Below, in pieces: positions 11,521-22,379 of a stretch of DNA of 64,000 nt (the first letter of the stretch is position 1; the number at the start of each line of letters is the position of its first letter). The stretch is taken from the NCBI GenBank assembly GCA_963816615.1, contig CAWFLB010000002.1, forward strand, positions 23,557 to 87,556. The letters are read 5' to 3'. Below the pieces are notes generated by a model. The model did no database searches. It was not told where the DNA came from and saw nothing but the letters and a program-made list of their open reading frames with translations. A program made the translations under genes and the position numbers. This DNA comes from an uncultured beta proteobacterium (lineage in GTDB: Bacteria > Pseudomonadota > Gammaproteobacteria > Burkholderiales > Casimicrobiaceae).

Positions 11521-14500
11521 CCTCGGAAGAAGTTGCTTCGCTTCCTCGAGCTCCGGCGCGTCGAATTCCGGCGGAAGTTCGGCGCAGACGGCGCGCAGCG
11601 ACTGCAGGCCTTCTGCTACGGCCGGCCCTGCGCGCAGTCCGGCCTTGGCCACGCTCAAGCCAGCCCTCAATTCGAACAGCGCGGCGCCTTGCTGCTTGGC
11701 GACGTCCAGGGCCGTTTGCAGTGAACGCATCGCCTCGTCGGCATGGCCGGCGCCGAGGCGCAGCAGACAGACGCCCTGCAGGCGATGGAGCTCGGGCACG
11801 AACATGCCGACTCCCGGCTCCGTGACCGTGCCGAGCGCCCACCGCACGAGCTCGAGCGCGTCGTCGGCCCGTCCGGCCCTTTCGCGCGCGTCCGCCAGAA
11901 TCGCGGCGTAATACCGGTACAGCGGCCCGATGGCGGACGCTCTCGGGAACTCGGCTTCCATCATCGCCAAGCCGGCGTCGCTGTCCCGTTCCGAAGGTGC
12001 ACGCCCAGCCGGAGACCATCAGCGCGTGTGCACGCATCGGCGGAAAGTTGTACTTCTCCGCAAGCTCGCGCAAGCGCAGCGCCAGCGCGATCGACCGTCT
12101 CGCGGTCACCGAGCGTTTGATGCAGCGACCAGTGACGTTCTGCAGAGCGAAGGCGACGTTGTGCGGGTGTCCGAGCGTTTCGGCAAGCAAAACACCCTTG
12201 TCGGCGAACTGCCGTGCCTCGGCGGTTTGGCCGGAAAAGCAGAGCGCCAGCGCCCTGCAACATATGCGCGCACACGCCTGGATCGTGACCGCCGAACACG
12301 GGACCCATCCAGGCGTGCCGGGCCGGATCGTATTGCCGGACGCCTTCCTGCGTGTACTTGAGCGCGGTCGGCCCCTCGCCCCGGAAGAGCGCGGTGGACC
12401 AGCGGCAATGGAAGGCCTCGAGCTGCAGATCCGGATCCGCGACTCGCGCGCTGAGCGCGATCAACTCCTGGGCCCGGTCGCGCGCAACTTCGAGCTTGCG
12501 GCTGGGAATGGCGTTGAACCAGAGTCCCCAGGTCGCCTTGAACAGTCCAGCGTGGTCGCCGGCTTTCTCTCCCGCAGCATGTGCGACGCCGGTAGGTCTC
12601 CTCCACTTCCGGCGCCTGCGGCCCCTTGATGATCGAAAGCGCGGGGCCGAGTTTAAGCAGGAGCGCAAGCTCGCGCCGGACGCGCTCCGTCACTATCGAC
12701 CGCTTTGCACGCCTCCGCGTGAGCGGCGCGAAAGTGGGCGACGGCCTCGGCGAAGGCGAAGCGGGCCGCGGCGCGATCGCCCGCGCGCTCGTGATATGTG
12801 CAGGCGAGATCAGGGATGCCGGCGTTGGCAAAGTGATGCGCGACCACTTCGGGCTCGGTCTCGGCGACCGCCGGGAAACTGCTCGACGAGCGCCCGGCCG
12901 ATGCGTTCGTGAATCTCGCGGCGGCGGCTGCGAAGCAGGTTCTCGTAGGCGATATCGCGCATCAGCGCGTGGCTGAAGCGGTAGCCGAGCCCGGTCGACC
13001 GGGTCTGCGCGAAGACGAGTCCGGCATCGACCAGCCGCGCGAGGCCAGTTTCGACGTCGGCCGCGCGTTCGACCGCTACCGTGTCCAGCAACGATCGGGA
13101 GAATTGCTGCCCGATCACCGCGGCGATCTGGGCAATCTCCTTCGCCGGCCCCAGGCGATCGAGGCGGGCCATCAGCGAATCCTGCAAGGTTGCGGGCACG
13201 ACCGGCCGGTCCGAGCTCGCGGACTCCGCAACCGCTCTGGTCAGCTCCTCGATGAACAGCGGAATGCCGTCGGCTTTGGCGACGATCTCGTCGATCAGCT
13301 CGGGCTCGAGCGTCCGTTCCGCCAAGGTCCCGGCAACGAGATCCGCGCAATGTTCCTTGCTGAGGCGCGACAGCATGCACGATTCCATCGCTTGTCCGCT
13401 CGGCGGCGGCGGCTGATACTCCGGTCGTGCCGTAACGAGCCCCAGGACGCGCGTTTTGGCGATGCCGCCGACCAGGCGCGTCACCAGCTCTTGCGTGGTC
13501 GGGTCGATCCAGTGAGCGTCTTCGAGGACGAACAAGACGGGTTGTTGCGCGGCGACCCGGGTCAGCTGATCGATCAGGACCGCGATGATCGCTGCCTTGC
13601 GCTGCGCCGGGTGGCAGCTCGATCGGCGGATACCGACTTGCGGCCGGAATCGAAAGCAGCTCCGCCATCAAACTGGTCGTCGGCGCGACGTTGGTGTCCG
13701 TCGCGGCGAGCAGTGACTTCCAGCTTTTCGAGCTTGCATGGCGGCGGAATCTTCCGGCGCGAAGCCGGCAGCCAGCTCGAGATGGCGGACGATCGGGTAA
13801 AGCGCCGTGTTCGAGTGATACGGCGAGCACTGGCAGAGCACGCGGACATGCGGCTCGTCGCCGATGCGCCGTGACAGGGCATCGACGATGCGCGACTTGC
13901 CGATGCCGGCTTCGCCTTGAATCAGAACGGCCTGGCCGGTTCCCTCCCGGGTCGAGCTGCCAGCGATCGAGCAAGAGATCCATCTCGTCGACGCGGCCGA
14001 CCAGCCGAGCTAAGGCCCGGGAGCCGATGGCGGCAAAACGGCTCTCGACGCGGCAATCTCGCGCCCGACCTGCCAAACCGTTACCGGTTTGGCGAAGCCC
14101 TTGAGCGAGTGCTCGCCGCGGCTGCTGCTACTCGAACTGGCCGCCAAGCAGTTGATGCGTCGTCTCGCTGACAAGGACGGTGTTGGGTTCCGCCAGCGCC
14201 TGGAGGCGCGCGGCGAGGTTGGGCGTCTCGCCGACAATCGCATGTTCGCGCGCGACGCCGACGCCGACGAGGTCGCCGATGACGACCAGGCCGGTGGCGA
14301 TGCCGGCCCGAACCTCGAGCGGTCCGCCCGTCGGGGCGCCTGGTCTGCGCGATTTTTTCGATGATCGCGCGCGCCGCGCGCACCGACTGCCCGACGGCGT
14401 CTTCGTGCGCCCGCGGATAGCCGAAATAGGCGAGCACGGAATCGCCCATGAACTTGGCGACGAATCCGTCGAAGCGGTTTATCGCGTCGGCGCACGTCTC

Positions 14501-14881
14501 CTGGAAGCGGCGGATCAATGCGCCCATTTCTTCGGGGTCGACGGCGTTGGCGAGCTCGGTCGAGCCGACCAGGTCGCAAAACATCACGGTGACCTGGCGC
14601 CGCTCGGCTTCGTGCGTCGCACTTTCGGTCGACGGTGTTTGCGGCGAGCGGTCAACCGATGACCCGGGCGCGGGCTTGCGCGCGGCGATCGCCCGCAACA
14701 GCTTGCGGCGATGCCCGAGCGTCAGGCCGAGCTTCTCGAGATCGGTGTCGGCCAGATCGGGCAGGACGTCGAAATCGATGTCGTTTTCGGCGAAGACCGA
14801 GTAATACTCTCCCAGGCCAAGGTCCTTGAGCCAGTCTTCGATATTGGTCACGGTATCGGCCCCCCCTTCGCGATGGCGCAT
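11485..14881 (-). pseudogene. SAM domain - class III adenylate/guanylate cyclase - STAND (AAA) ATPase - TPR protein, disrupted by ~12 frame changes
   Basis: Fragments lie in all three minus frames, in this order: SAM (NIEDWLKDLGLGEYY...GHRRKLL); cyclase (VTVMFCDLVGSTE...LEVRAGIATGLVVIGDL...ETPNLAARLQ...HSLKGFAKPV); P-loop (GEAGIGKSRIVDAL); LEDAHWIDPTTQELV; then TPR-like helices down to the stop at 11485. 3397 nt minus 13 implied extra nt gives 3384 nt (1127 aa). Confidence 0.75.
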
Positions 14882-14985
14882 AGGCGGGCGGATTTCGACG
14901 ATCCGCTGGCTACGAACCAGCGGTGCGGTCGCAAGTATCCGGGGCGAGACGGGTCCCGGTCAATCGGCGACGCAGGACGGCCCCA

Positions 14986-16650
14986 TCAGGCCATCAGCGC
15001 CTTGTACCGGATGCGGTGCGGCCGCGCACCTTCCTCGCCCAGGCGTTTTTTCTTGTCGGCTTCGTACTCCTGGTAGTTGCCTTCGAAGAACACCACACGC
15101 GAATCTCCTTCGAACGCGAGTATGTGCGTGGCGATGCGATCGAGGAACCAGCGGTCGTGCGAGATCACCAGCACGCTGCCGGCGAATTCGAGCAGCGCGT
15201 CTTCGAGGGCGCGCAATGTCTCGACGTCGAGATCGTTCGAAGGCTCGTCGAGCAGCAGCACGTTGCCGCCCTTGAGCAAAGTCAGGGCAAGGTGCAGCCG
15301 GCCGCGCTCGCCGCCGGACAGCGCCCCGACCATTTTCTGCTGATCGACGCCTTTGAAGTTGAATCGGCCGAGGTACGCGCGCGAGGGCATCTCGAACTTG
15401 CCGACCGTCAGGATGTCGTGCCCGCCGGAGATCGCTTCCCATGCGGTCTTGCCGTCGGGCAGTGCCTCGCGCGACTGGTCGACCACGGCGAGCTTCGCTG
15501 TCGAGCCGATGACGATCTTGCCCTTGTCCGGTTTTTCCGCGCCGGTGATCATGCGGAACAGAGTCGTCTTGCCGGCGCCGTTCGGGCCGATGATGCCTAC
15601 GATCGCTCCCGGCGGCACGCTGAACGAGAGGTCGTCGATCAGCAATCGCTCGCCGTAGGCCTTGCTCACGCCGTGCAACTCGATCACCTGGCCGCCGAGG
15701 CGCTCGGCGACGGGGATGAAGATTTCCTGCGTCTCGTTGCGCTTCTGATGTTCGTGGCTGGACAATTCCTCGAAGCGGGCGATGCGCGCCTTGGCCTTCG
15801 CCTGGCGGCCCTTCGGATTCGTGCGCACCCACTCGAGCTCTTTTTGCATCGACTTGATGCGCGCCGATTCCTGCTTGGCCTCGATCTCCAGGCGCTGCTC
15901 CTTCTGCTCGAGCCATGAACTGTAATTGCCTTTCCACGGAATGCCATACCCGCGATCGAGCTCGAGAATCCATTCGGCCGCGTTGTCCAGGAAGTAGCGG
16001 TCGTGCGTGACGGCGATTACCGTGCCGGGAAAGCGCAGCAGGAACTGCTCGAGCCACTCGACGCTTTCGGCATCCAGATGGTTGGTCGGCTCGTCGAGCA
16101 GCAGCATGTCCGGCTTGGAAAGCAGCAGCCGGCACAGCGCGACGCGGCGCTTTTCACCGCCCGACAGCTTGCCGATCGTCGCGTCCCACGGTGCAAGCCG
16201 GAGCGCGTCGGCGGCGATTTCCATCTGGACTTCGGTGTCGGCGCCGGCCGCGGCGATGACGCCCTCGTAGCGGGCCTGCTCGGCGGCCAGTGCATCGAAG
16301 TCGGCATCGGGCTCGGCGTAGGCCGCGTAAATGGCTTCCAGTTTCTGCTTCGCTTCGAGGATTTCGCCCAGGCCCTCTTCCACCGTCTCGCGCACCGACT
16401 TGTCCGGCGCGAGTTGCGGTTCCTGGGGCAGGTAACCGATACGCATGTTCGGCATCGGTACCGCCTCGCCTTCGTATTCGCGATCTTCGCCGGCCATGAT
16501 GCGCAACAGGCTCGACTTGCCGGAACCGTTTAACCCGAGCACGCCGATCTTGGCGCCGGGGAAGAAGGACAGCGAAATGTCCTTGAGGATGACGCGTTTG
16601 GGCGGCACGATCTTGCCCACGCGATTCATCGTGTAAACGTATTGAGCCAC
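14986..16650 (-). CDS. ettA: Energy-dependent translational throttle protein EttA (ABC-F)
   Basis: GTG start gives (M)AQYVYTMNRVGKIVPPKR..., matching E. coli EttA as I remember it. Two Walker A motifs (GLNGSGKSS, GPNGAGKTT) and two LSGGE signatures; 554 aa. Confidence 0.9.
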   Translation of the reverse strand: MAQYVYTMNRVGKIVPPKRVILKDISLSFFPGAKIGVLGLNGSGKSSLLRIMAGEDREYEGEAVPMPNMRIGYLPQEPQLAPDKSVRETVEEGLGEILEAKQKLEAIYAAYAEPDADFDALAAEQARYEGVIAAAGADTEVQMEIAADALRLAPWDATIGKLSGGEKRRVALCRLLLSKPDMLLLDEPTNHLDAESVEWLEQFLLRFPGTVIAVTHDRYFLDNAAEWILELDRGYGIPWKGNYSSWLEQKEQRLEIEAKQESARIKSMQKELEWVRTNPKGRQAKAKARIARFEELSSHEHQKRNETQEIFIPVAERLGGQVIELHGVSKAYGERLLIDDLSFSVPPGAIVGIIGPNGAGKTTLFRMITGAEKPDKGKIVIGSTAKLAVVDQSREALPDGKTAWEAISGGHDILTVGKFEMPSRAYLGRFNFKGVDQQKMVGALSGGERGRLHLALTLLKGGNVLLLDEPSNDLDVETLRALEDALLEFAGSVLVISHDRWFLDRIATHILAFEGDSRVVFFEGNYQEYEADKKKRLGEEGARPHRIRYKALMA

Positions 16651-16763
16651 GAAGTTCCTGACGATCCTGAATGGAATGCGGCGCCGTGAGCGCCGCCAGG
16701 CGTGATTATCGCCGATGTGCGGCCGTGCCGCCGCTTGCGGGCGCGCGATTCGCGCGCGGAAGG

Positions 16764-17510
16764 CTAGCGGGTCTTGCCGGGTGGCGCGGCCGCGGCGCTC
16801 TTGCTGCGGACCGGAGCCGAGGGCGCTGCGGCCTTCTGAAGGTCGGCGGCGCGCTGCCGTTCGGCAGCCTCGTCCTGCTCCTGCTTGATCTCCTGCCAGC
16901 GTTTTTTGTCGGCGTCGTATTTCTTGCCCACAGCGGCCAGCGCCTCTTTCTTCTGCGCGAGCAAAGCGGTCTGCCGCGCCAGCTCTTCGGTGACCGAATT
17001 GAGCTCGTTGTCCACCGCCGCGGGGACGGGCTTGGTGCCATAGCCGGCCTTGCGCCTGTCCAGATCCTGCTTGCGTCGCGTCATGTCGGCGATATAGGCG
17101 CCGATCGTCGTCAATTGCGACTCCATCGTCGAGACGGCCCGCGCGCGGGCGACATCGATCTCCGCCTCGCTGGAGAATGACTGGGTCAGTGCCCTGTCTT
17201 TCCGCGCCTGCTCCGCATTCGCCTTGGCGACATCGCGCTGTCGCTCCGCCTCGGCCTCGATCGCCTTGCGCTGCTCCGCCGTCGGCGCCGGCTCGATTGT
17301 CTTGACCGACCGGCCCTGCTTGTCGAGCACCGTGGCGCCCTTGCCGACCGACTCCGGCGGTATGCGATCGGTGTAGTGGACGACGCCCTGGTCGTCTACC
17401 CATTTGTACACGCCTGCGCCATTGGCCGCGCCTGCGACGAAGACGAAACCGATGATGGCGATCATGCTCGCCGATCCTGCTGCCGACAACCGCAAATGGT
17501 CAACTTTCAC
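16764..17510 (-). CDS. DUF4124 domain-containing protein
   Basis: Signal peptide followed by VYKWVDDQGVVHYTD (the DUF4124 hallmark), then a long charged coiled-coil. An alternative start lies at 17465. Confidence 0.7.
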   Translation of the reverse strand: MKVDHLRLSAAGSASMIAIIGFVFVAGAANGAGVYKWVDDQGVVHYTDRIPPESVGKGATVLDKQGRSVKTIEPAPTAEQRKAIEAEAERQRDVAKANAEQARKDRALTQSFSSEAEIDVARARAVSTMESQLTTIGAYIADMTRRKQDLDRRKAGYGTKPVPAAVDNELNSVTEELARQTALLAQKKEALAAVGKKYDADKKRWQEIKQEQDEAAERQRAADLQKAAAPSAPVRSKSAAAAPPGKTR

Positions 17511-17544
17511 AATGAGCCTTTTTGATCCGGTACTTCACGCCGCT

Positions 17545-18189
17545 TCAGGCGACAACGCCGTATTGCTCGCGATACGAGATCACGTCGCGCCGTTGCTGCG
17601 CCAGATCGCTGCGCCGCGCCAGCAGCTTCAGCAAGTCGTCGAGCGTCGCGATCGCCACGACCGGAACGCCAAACTCCTGCTCCAACTCCTGCACCGCCGA
17701 GCGTTCGGCGCGGCCCCGCTCCATCCTGTCGAACGCGATCAGCACGCCGCCAGCGATCGCGCCATGGGACCGTATCAGCTCGATCGCCTCGCGTTTGGCG
17801 CCGCCGTCGGTAATGACGTCATCGACGATCAGGATGCGGCCCTTGAGCGGTGCGCCCACGATCACCCCACCCTCTCCATGATCCTTGGCTTCCTTGCGAT
17901 TGAAACTGTACGGCAGATTGTGCCCTTTTGCGGCGAGGGCGACAGCCGTCACCGCGGCCAGCGTTATGCCTTTGTAGGCCGGACCGTACAGCTGATCGCA
18001 ACGCACATTCGAGGCCAGGTACGCCGTGGCGTAGTACCGGCCAAGCTCGCCCAAACTCGCTCCGTCGTTGAATAGCCCCGCGTTAAAAAAATAAGGTGTC
18101 TTGCGGCCCGCCTTGGTGACGAACGCACCAAATCGAAGCACGTCGCGTGCCAGGGCGAATTCAAGAAAATCCTGCCGGAAATCGGACAT
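17545..18189 (-). CDS. pyrE: Orotate phosphoribosyltransferase
   Basis: 214-aa ORF with the PRPP-binding motif ILIVDDVITDGGA. Confidence 0.9.
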   Translation of the reverse strand: MSDFRQDFLEFALARDVLRFGAFVTKAGRKTPYFFNAGLFNDGASLGELGRYYATAYLASNVRCDQLYGPAYKGITLAAVTAVALAAKGHNLPYSFNRKEAKDHGEGGVIVGAPLKGRILIVDDVITDGGAKREAIELIRSHGAIAGGVLIAFDRMERGRAERSAVQELEQEFGVPVVAIATLDDLLKLLARRSDLAQQRRDVISYREQYGVVA

Positions 18190-18324
18190 TGAAAGGTGTT
18201 GCGCGGCGCGGGAATCGACCGCAAATTATACCGCGCGGCCATCATCGCCGGCGCCGACGCGGCGGGGCGGCATCGTCGTGTAAACTCCGCGCCGCAGCGT
18301 CATCCGGACCGACGCAAAACCCAC

Positions 18325-19098
18325 ATGCGCATTGTCACACTCAACGTCAACGGCATCCGCGCCGCGGAGCGCAAGGGCCTTGTGCGCTGGCTCAGCCGGA
18401 TCGAGCCCTGGGATGTCGTTTGCCTGCAGGAGATCAAGGCGCATCCCGACGATGTGCCGAATGCATTGCGGGCGCCGCGAAAATCCCACGCCGCCTTTCA
18501 TCACGCGCAAAAAAAAGGGTACAGCGGCGTCGCGCTGTACGCGCGCCGCGCGGTACCTGTGCGCAGCGGCTTCGGCAGCGACGAATTCGACGCCGAGGGT
18601 CGATACCTGGAAGCCGATTTCGGCAATCTCACGGTGATCAGCGTCTATTTGCCGTCCGGATCGAGCTCGCCCGAGCGCCAACTAGCCAAATTCCGCTTTC
18701 TCGCCGAATTCCTGCCCCACCTCGAGCGGCTGCGCGATGCCGGCCGCGAGGTGATCCTGTGCGGCGACTGGAACATCGCGCACCAGCCGATCGATCTGAA
18801 GAACTGGCGCAGCAACCAGAAGAATTCAGGCTTCCTGCCCGAAGAGCGGGCGTGGCTGTCGCGAGTTTTCGACGAGCTGGGCTTTGTCGACGTCTTCCGA
18901 CGCATCAATCGCGAGCCGGACCAATACACCTGGTGGTCGAATCGCGGCCAGGCCTGGGCCAAGAACGTCGGCTGGCGCATCGATTACCAGATCGCGACGG
19001 CAGGCATCGCCGCGACGGCGCGTGCCGCGGCGATCTATACGAATCGAAGGTTCTCGGATCACGCCCCATTGATCATCGATTACGACTATGTGCTGTAG
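18325..19098 (+). CDS. xthA: Exodeoxyribonuclease III
   Basis: 257 aa from the internal ATG (MRIVTLNVNGIRA...). EEP-family motifs include the C-terminal SDHAPL. Confidence 0.9.
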   Translation: MRIVTLNVNGIRAAERKGLVRWLSRIEPWDVVCLQEIKAHPDDVPNALRAPRKSHAAFHHAQKKGYSGVALYARRAVPVRSGFGSDEFDAEGRYLEADFGNLTVISVYLPSGSSSPERQLAKFRFLAEFLPHLERLRDAGREVILCGDWNIAHQPIDLKNWRSNQKNSGFLPEERAWLSRVFDELGFVDVFRRINREPDQYTWWSNRGQAWAKNVGWRIDYQIATAGIAATARAAAIYTNRRFSDHAPLIIDYDYVL

Positions 19099-19107
19099 CG
19101 CCGCACG

Positions 19108-21030
19108 ATGCTACGCCTGAGCAACCTCACGCTTTCGCGCGGCAACAAGCGTCTGCTCGAAGGCGCATCGCTGACCGTGCATCCGGGCCACAAGGTCGGT
19201 CTGATCGGCGCCAACGGCAGCGGCAAATCGTCGTTGTTCGCGTTGCTGCGCGGCGAGCTTTCCCAAGACGCGGGCGAGGTCGCGCTGCCGCCGGCGTGGG
19301 TGATCGCGCACGTCGCCCAGGAAACACCGGCAGTCGCGACGCCGGCGATCGATTACGTGCAGGACGGCGACGCCGAATTGCGCCGGGTGCAGCGCGAGCT
19401 GCAGGACGCCGAGGCGGCAGCGGAAATCGATCCCCATGCCGGAGGCGAGCGGCTGGCCGAGCTGCATCACCGATTCGAAGCGATCGGCGGCTACAGCGCC
19501 CGGGCGCGAGCGGCGTCTCTGCTCGCCGGGCTCGGCTTCGGCGCCGCGCGACAGAGCGAGCCGGTGGCGAGCTTCTCTGGCGGCTGGCGGATGCGTCTTA
19601 ATCTCGCGCAGGCGTTGATGTCGCGCTCGGACCTGTTGTTGCTCGACGAGCCGACCAACCACCTCGATCTGGACGCGGTGCTCTGGCTCGAGGACTGGCT
19701 GGCGCGCTACCCGGGCACGTTGCTCCTGATCGCGCACGATCGCGATTTTCTCGACGCGGTGGTCACGGAGATCGCGCATCTCGACGGCAACAAGCTTCGG
19801 ATGTACACCGGCAACTACGCTCAATTCGAGCGTGAGCGCGCGCTTTCGCTCGCGCTGCAGCATTCGGCTTACGTCAAGCAGCAAAAGCAGATCGCGCACC
19901 TGCGCTCGTATATCGATCGCTTCCGCGCCAAGGCGACCAAGGCGAGGCAGGCGCAGAGCCGGATCAAGGCACTCGAGCGGATGGAGCTGATCGCCGCCGC
20001 GCACGTCGACAGCCCGTTCTCGTTCGAATTTCCGGCCACCACGATCCACGCGCGACAGCTGCTCAAGCTCGATCATGCGACGCTGGGCTACGGAGACAAG
20101 CCGGTTCTTGCCGGCGTCGACTGGGCCATCCTCGCCGGTGCACGGATCGGGCTCCTGGGACCGAACGGCGCCGGCAAGTCGACGTTGCTGCGCGCGATCG
20201 CCGGCGAGCTCGTGCCGACGAGCGGGGCGCGCCTGACCGCGCAAGGCTTGTCGATAGGCTACTTCGCCCAGCATCAGGTCGAGCAGCTTCGTCTCGACCA
20301 GAGCGCCCTGTGGCATCTCCAGCAGATCGAGCCGGGCGCGAGAGAGCAGGTTCTCCGCGACTTTCTCGGCGGATTCGATTTTCGTGGCGAACGCGTCAGC
20401 GCGCCCGTGCATGAATTTTCCGGCGGCGAAAAGGCGCGCCTGACGCTTGCGCTGCTGGTCCGTCAGCGGCCGAATCTCTTGCTGCTCGACGAACCGACCA
20501 ATCATCTCGACATCGACATGCGCGAAGCGCTGACTGAGGCGCTGCAGGATTACACCGGGGCACTGATCGTCGTCGCGCACGATCGGCACCTGCTTCGCGC
20601 CACCGCCGACGAGCTATGGCTGGTCGCCGATGGTGCGCTGTCGCTCTTCGACGGCGACCTGGACGACTACCGGCAGTGGGTCCTGGCCGGGCGCGGGCGC
20701 GAATCCGCCAACGCGACCGCGGATACCGCACCGCAAGCACCCGACCGCAGGAGCCAAAAGCGCGCCGAGGCGGCGGAAAGGCAGCGCCTGTCCGAGCTGC
20801 GCAAGCCGCTGCAGAAAAAGATCGAACGCCTCGAGCAACAGATCGAGCTGCTATCGGCCGAGAAGCGTGGCCTCGACGATTGGCTCGCGACTTCCGAAGC
20901 CTACGTCGAGGACAACAAGGAGCGTCTGATCACCTCCCTCGCGCGGCGGGGCGATCTGGCCTGGCAGCTCGCGCGCGACGAGGCCGAATGGCTCGACCTG
21001 CACGAAGCGCTCGAGCGTTCGGCCGGCTAA
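19108..21030 (+). CDS. yheS: ABC-F family ATPase, YheS-like
   Basis: 640 aa with two ABC cassettes (GANGSGKSS, GPNGAGKST; FSGGWRMR and FSGGEKAR signatures), the linker IDRFRAKATKARQAQSRIKALERM, and a C-terminal coiled coil. No TM domain. Confidence 0.85.
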   Translation: MLRLSNLTLSRGNKRLLEGASLTVHPGHKVGLIGANGSGKSSLFALLRGELSQDAGEVALPPAWVIAHVAQETPAVATPAIDYVQDGDAELRRVQRELQDAEAAAEIDPHAGGERLAELHHRFEAIGGYSARARAASLLAGLGFGAARQSEPVASFSGGWRMRLNLAQALMSRSDLLLLDEPTNHLDLDAVLWLEDWLARYPGTLLLIAHDRDFLDAVVTEIAHLDGNKLRMYTGNYAQFERERALSLALQHSAYVKQQKQIAHLRSYIDRFRAKATKARQAQSRIKALERMELIAAAHVDSPFSFEFPATTIHARQLLKLDHATLGYGDKPVLAGVDWAILAGARIGLLGPNGAGKSTLLRAIAGELVPTSGARLTAQGLSIGYFAQHQVEQLRLDQSALWHLQQIEPGAREQVLRDFLGGFDFRGERVSAPVHEFSGGEKARLTLALLVRQRPNLLLLDEPTNHLDIDMREALTEALQDYTGALIVVAHDRHLLRATADELWLVADGALSLFDGDLDDYRQWVLAGRGRESANATADTAPQAPDRRSQKRAEAAERQRLSELRKPLQKKIERLEQQIELLSAEKRGLDDWLATSEAYVEDNKERLITSLARRGDLAWQLARDEAEWLDLHEALERSAG

Positions 21031-21054
21031 GCTTGAATTTGCGCCGCGGCTGCG

Positions 21055-22341
21055 CTATGGCTTGGACGGCGCTGGGGCTTCCGCGACGGGCAACGGCGCA
21101 TTCCAGGGCGCCACGCGCAACAGCAGCGCCATGCCCGGCAGCGCCAGCGCCATGCACAGCAGATAGAAGTCGAACCATCCGATCGCGTCGACGATCCACC
21201 CGGTCGTCGCATTGATCAGCGAGCGCGGCACGGCGGCAAGGCTTGTGAACAGCGCGAACTGTGTCGCCGTGTAGCGCGGATCGGTCGTGCGCGCAATGAA
21301 TGCGGTGAATGCCGCCGTGCCGAGTCCGACGCCCAGGGCCTCGAAGGCGATCACACCGGCGAGCAGCAGCCGGTCGGGACGATGCACGTAGGCGAGCCAG
21401 GCAAAGCCCAGGATCGAGACGAGCTGGACCACGCCGAACAGCCACAGTCCGCGATTGATGCCGATCCTGAGCATCCAGATGCCGCCGAGCAGACCGCCGA
21501 ACACGCTGGCCCACAAACCGGCGTTCTTGGCGATCAATCCGATCTCCGACATCGTGAACCCGGTGTCCAGATAGAACGGCGTCGCCAAGGCGGTGGCCAT
21601 GCTGTCGCCGAGCTTGTAGAGAAAAATGAAGCCGAGCACGAGAAGCGCCTGCCGCCATCCGGCGCGGGTAATGAATTCGTGAAACGGTTCGACGACCGCC
21701 TCGCGCAGCGTGCGCGGCGCGGCGCGCGACAGCACGGGCTCGGCGATCAAAAGTGTATTGACGATGCCCGGCAGCATGAACAGTGCGGTAATGAAGAAGA
21801 CGCTCTGCCAGGGCAGGCGGTCGGCGAGGATCAGCGACAGCGCGCCGGGAACGAGGCTGGAAATGCGATAGGCCTGCACGTGGATCGCGTTGCCCAGACC
21901 CAGCTCGACCTCGGGCAGAAGCTCACGGCGATAAGCATCGAGCACGATATCCTGCGTCGCGGCGAAAAATGCCACCGCCGTAGCAAGGTAGGCGATCGTC
22001 CACAAATCCTGCTGCGGAGCGAGCGTACCGAACAGCGGCAGCGACGCGATCAGCGCAACCTGCGTGACCAGCATCCAGCCACGGCGCCGGCCGAGCAGCG
22101 GCAGCGCGTAACGATCGACCAGCGGCGACCACAGGAATTTCCAGGTGAACGGCAGCCCGATCAGCGCGAACAGGCCGATCGCCTTCAGATCGATGTGCTC
22201 GGTCCGCAGCCACGCCGGCAGCAGATTGATCAATATGTACAGGGGCAACCCGGAGCTGAAGCCGGTGAAGACACAAATCAGCATCCGGCGATTGAACAGC
22301 GCTTTCGCCAGCCGCGGCCTCGAGTCACCCATCGACGGCAT
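21055..22341 (-). CDS. ampG: AmpG family muropeptide MFS transporter
   Basis: About 428 aa from the ATG at 22341 (alternative 22332). Polytopic, with the AmpG-like motif GLPFTWKFLWSPLVDRY. Confidence 0.8.
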   Translation of the reverse strand: MPSMGDSRPRLAKALFNRRMLICVFTGFSSGLPLYILINLLPAWLRTEHIDLKAIGLFALIGLPFTWKFLWSPLVDRYALPLLGRRRGWMLVTQVALIASLPLFGTLAPQQDLWTIAYLATAVAFFAATQDIVLDAYRRELLPEVELGLGNAIHVQAYRISSLVPGALSLILADRLPWQSVFFITALFMLPGIVNTLLIAEPVLSRAAPRTLREAVVEPFHEFITRAGWRQALLVLGFIFLYKLGDSMATALATPFYLDTGFTMSEIGLIAKNAGLWASVFGGLLGGIWMLRIGINRGLWLFGVVQLVSILGFAWLAYVHRPDRLLLAGVIAFEALGVGLGTAAFTAFIARTTDPRYTATQFALFTSLAAVPRSLINATTGWIVDAIGWFDFYLLCMALALPGMALLLRVAPWNAPLPVAEAPAPSKP

Positions 22342-22379
22342 TGTAGCGAAGCGCGCCGCCGAAAAGGCGCGCCCTGACC

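Noticed and set aside
12106-14076. 656-aa ORF, and neighbouring ORFs (14081-14881, 14010-14579, 12810-13535, 11961-12668, 11485-11970), treated as independent genes.
   Set aside because: Only short colinear stretches of each match the cyclase/STAND/TPR architecture. Together they tile one gene in rotating frames, so they are reported as a single disrupted locus.
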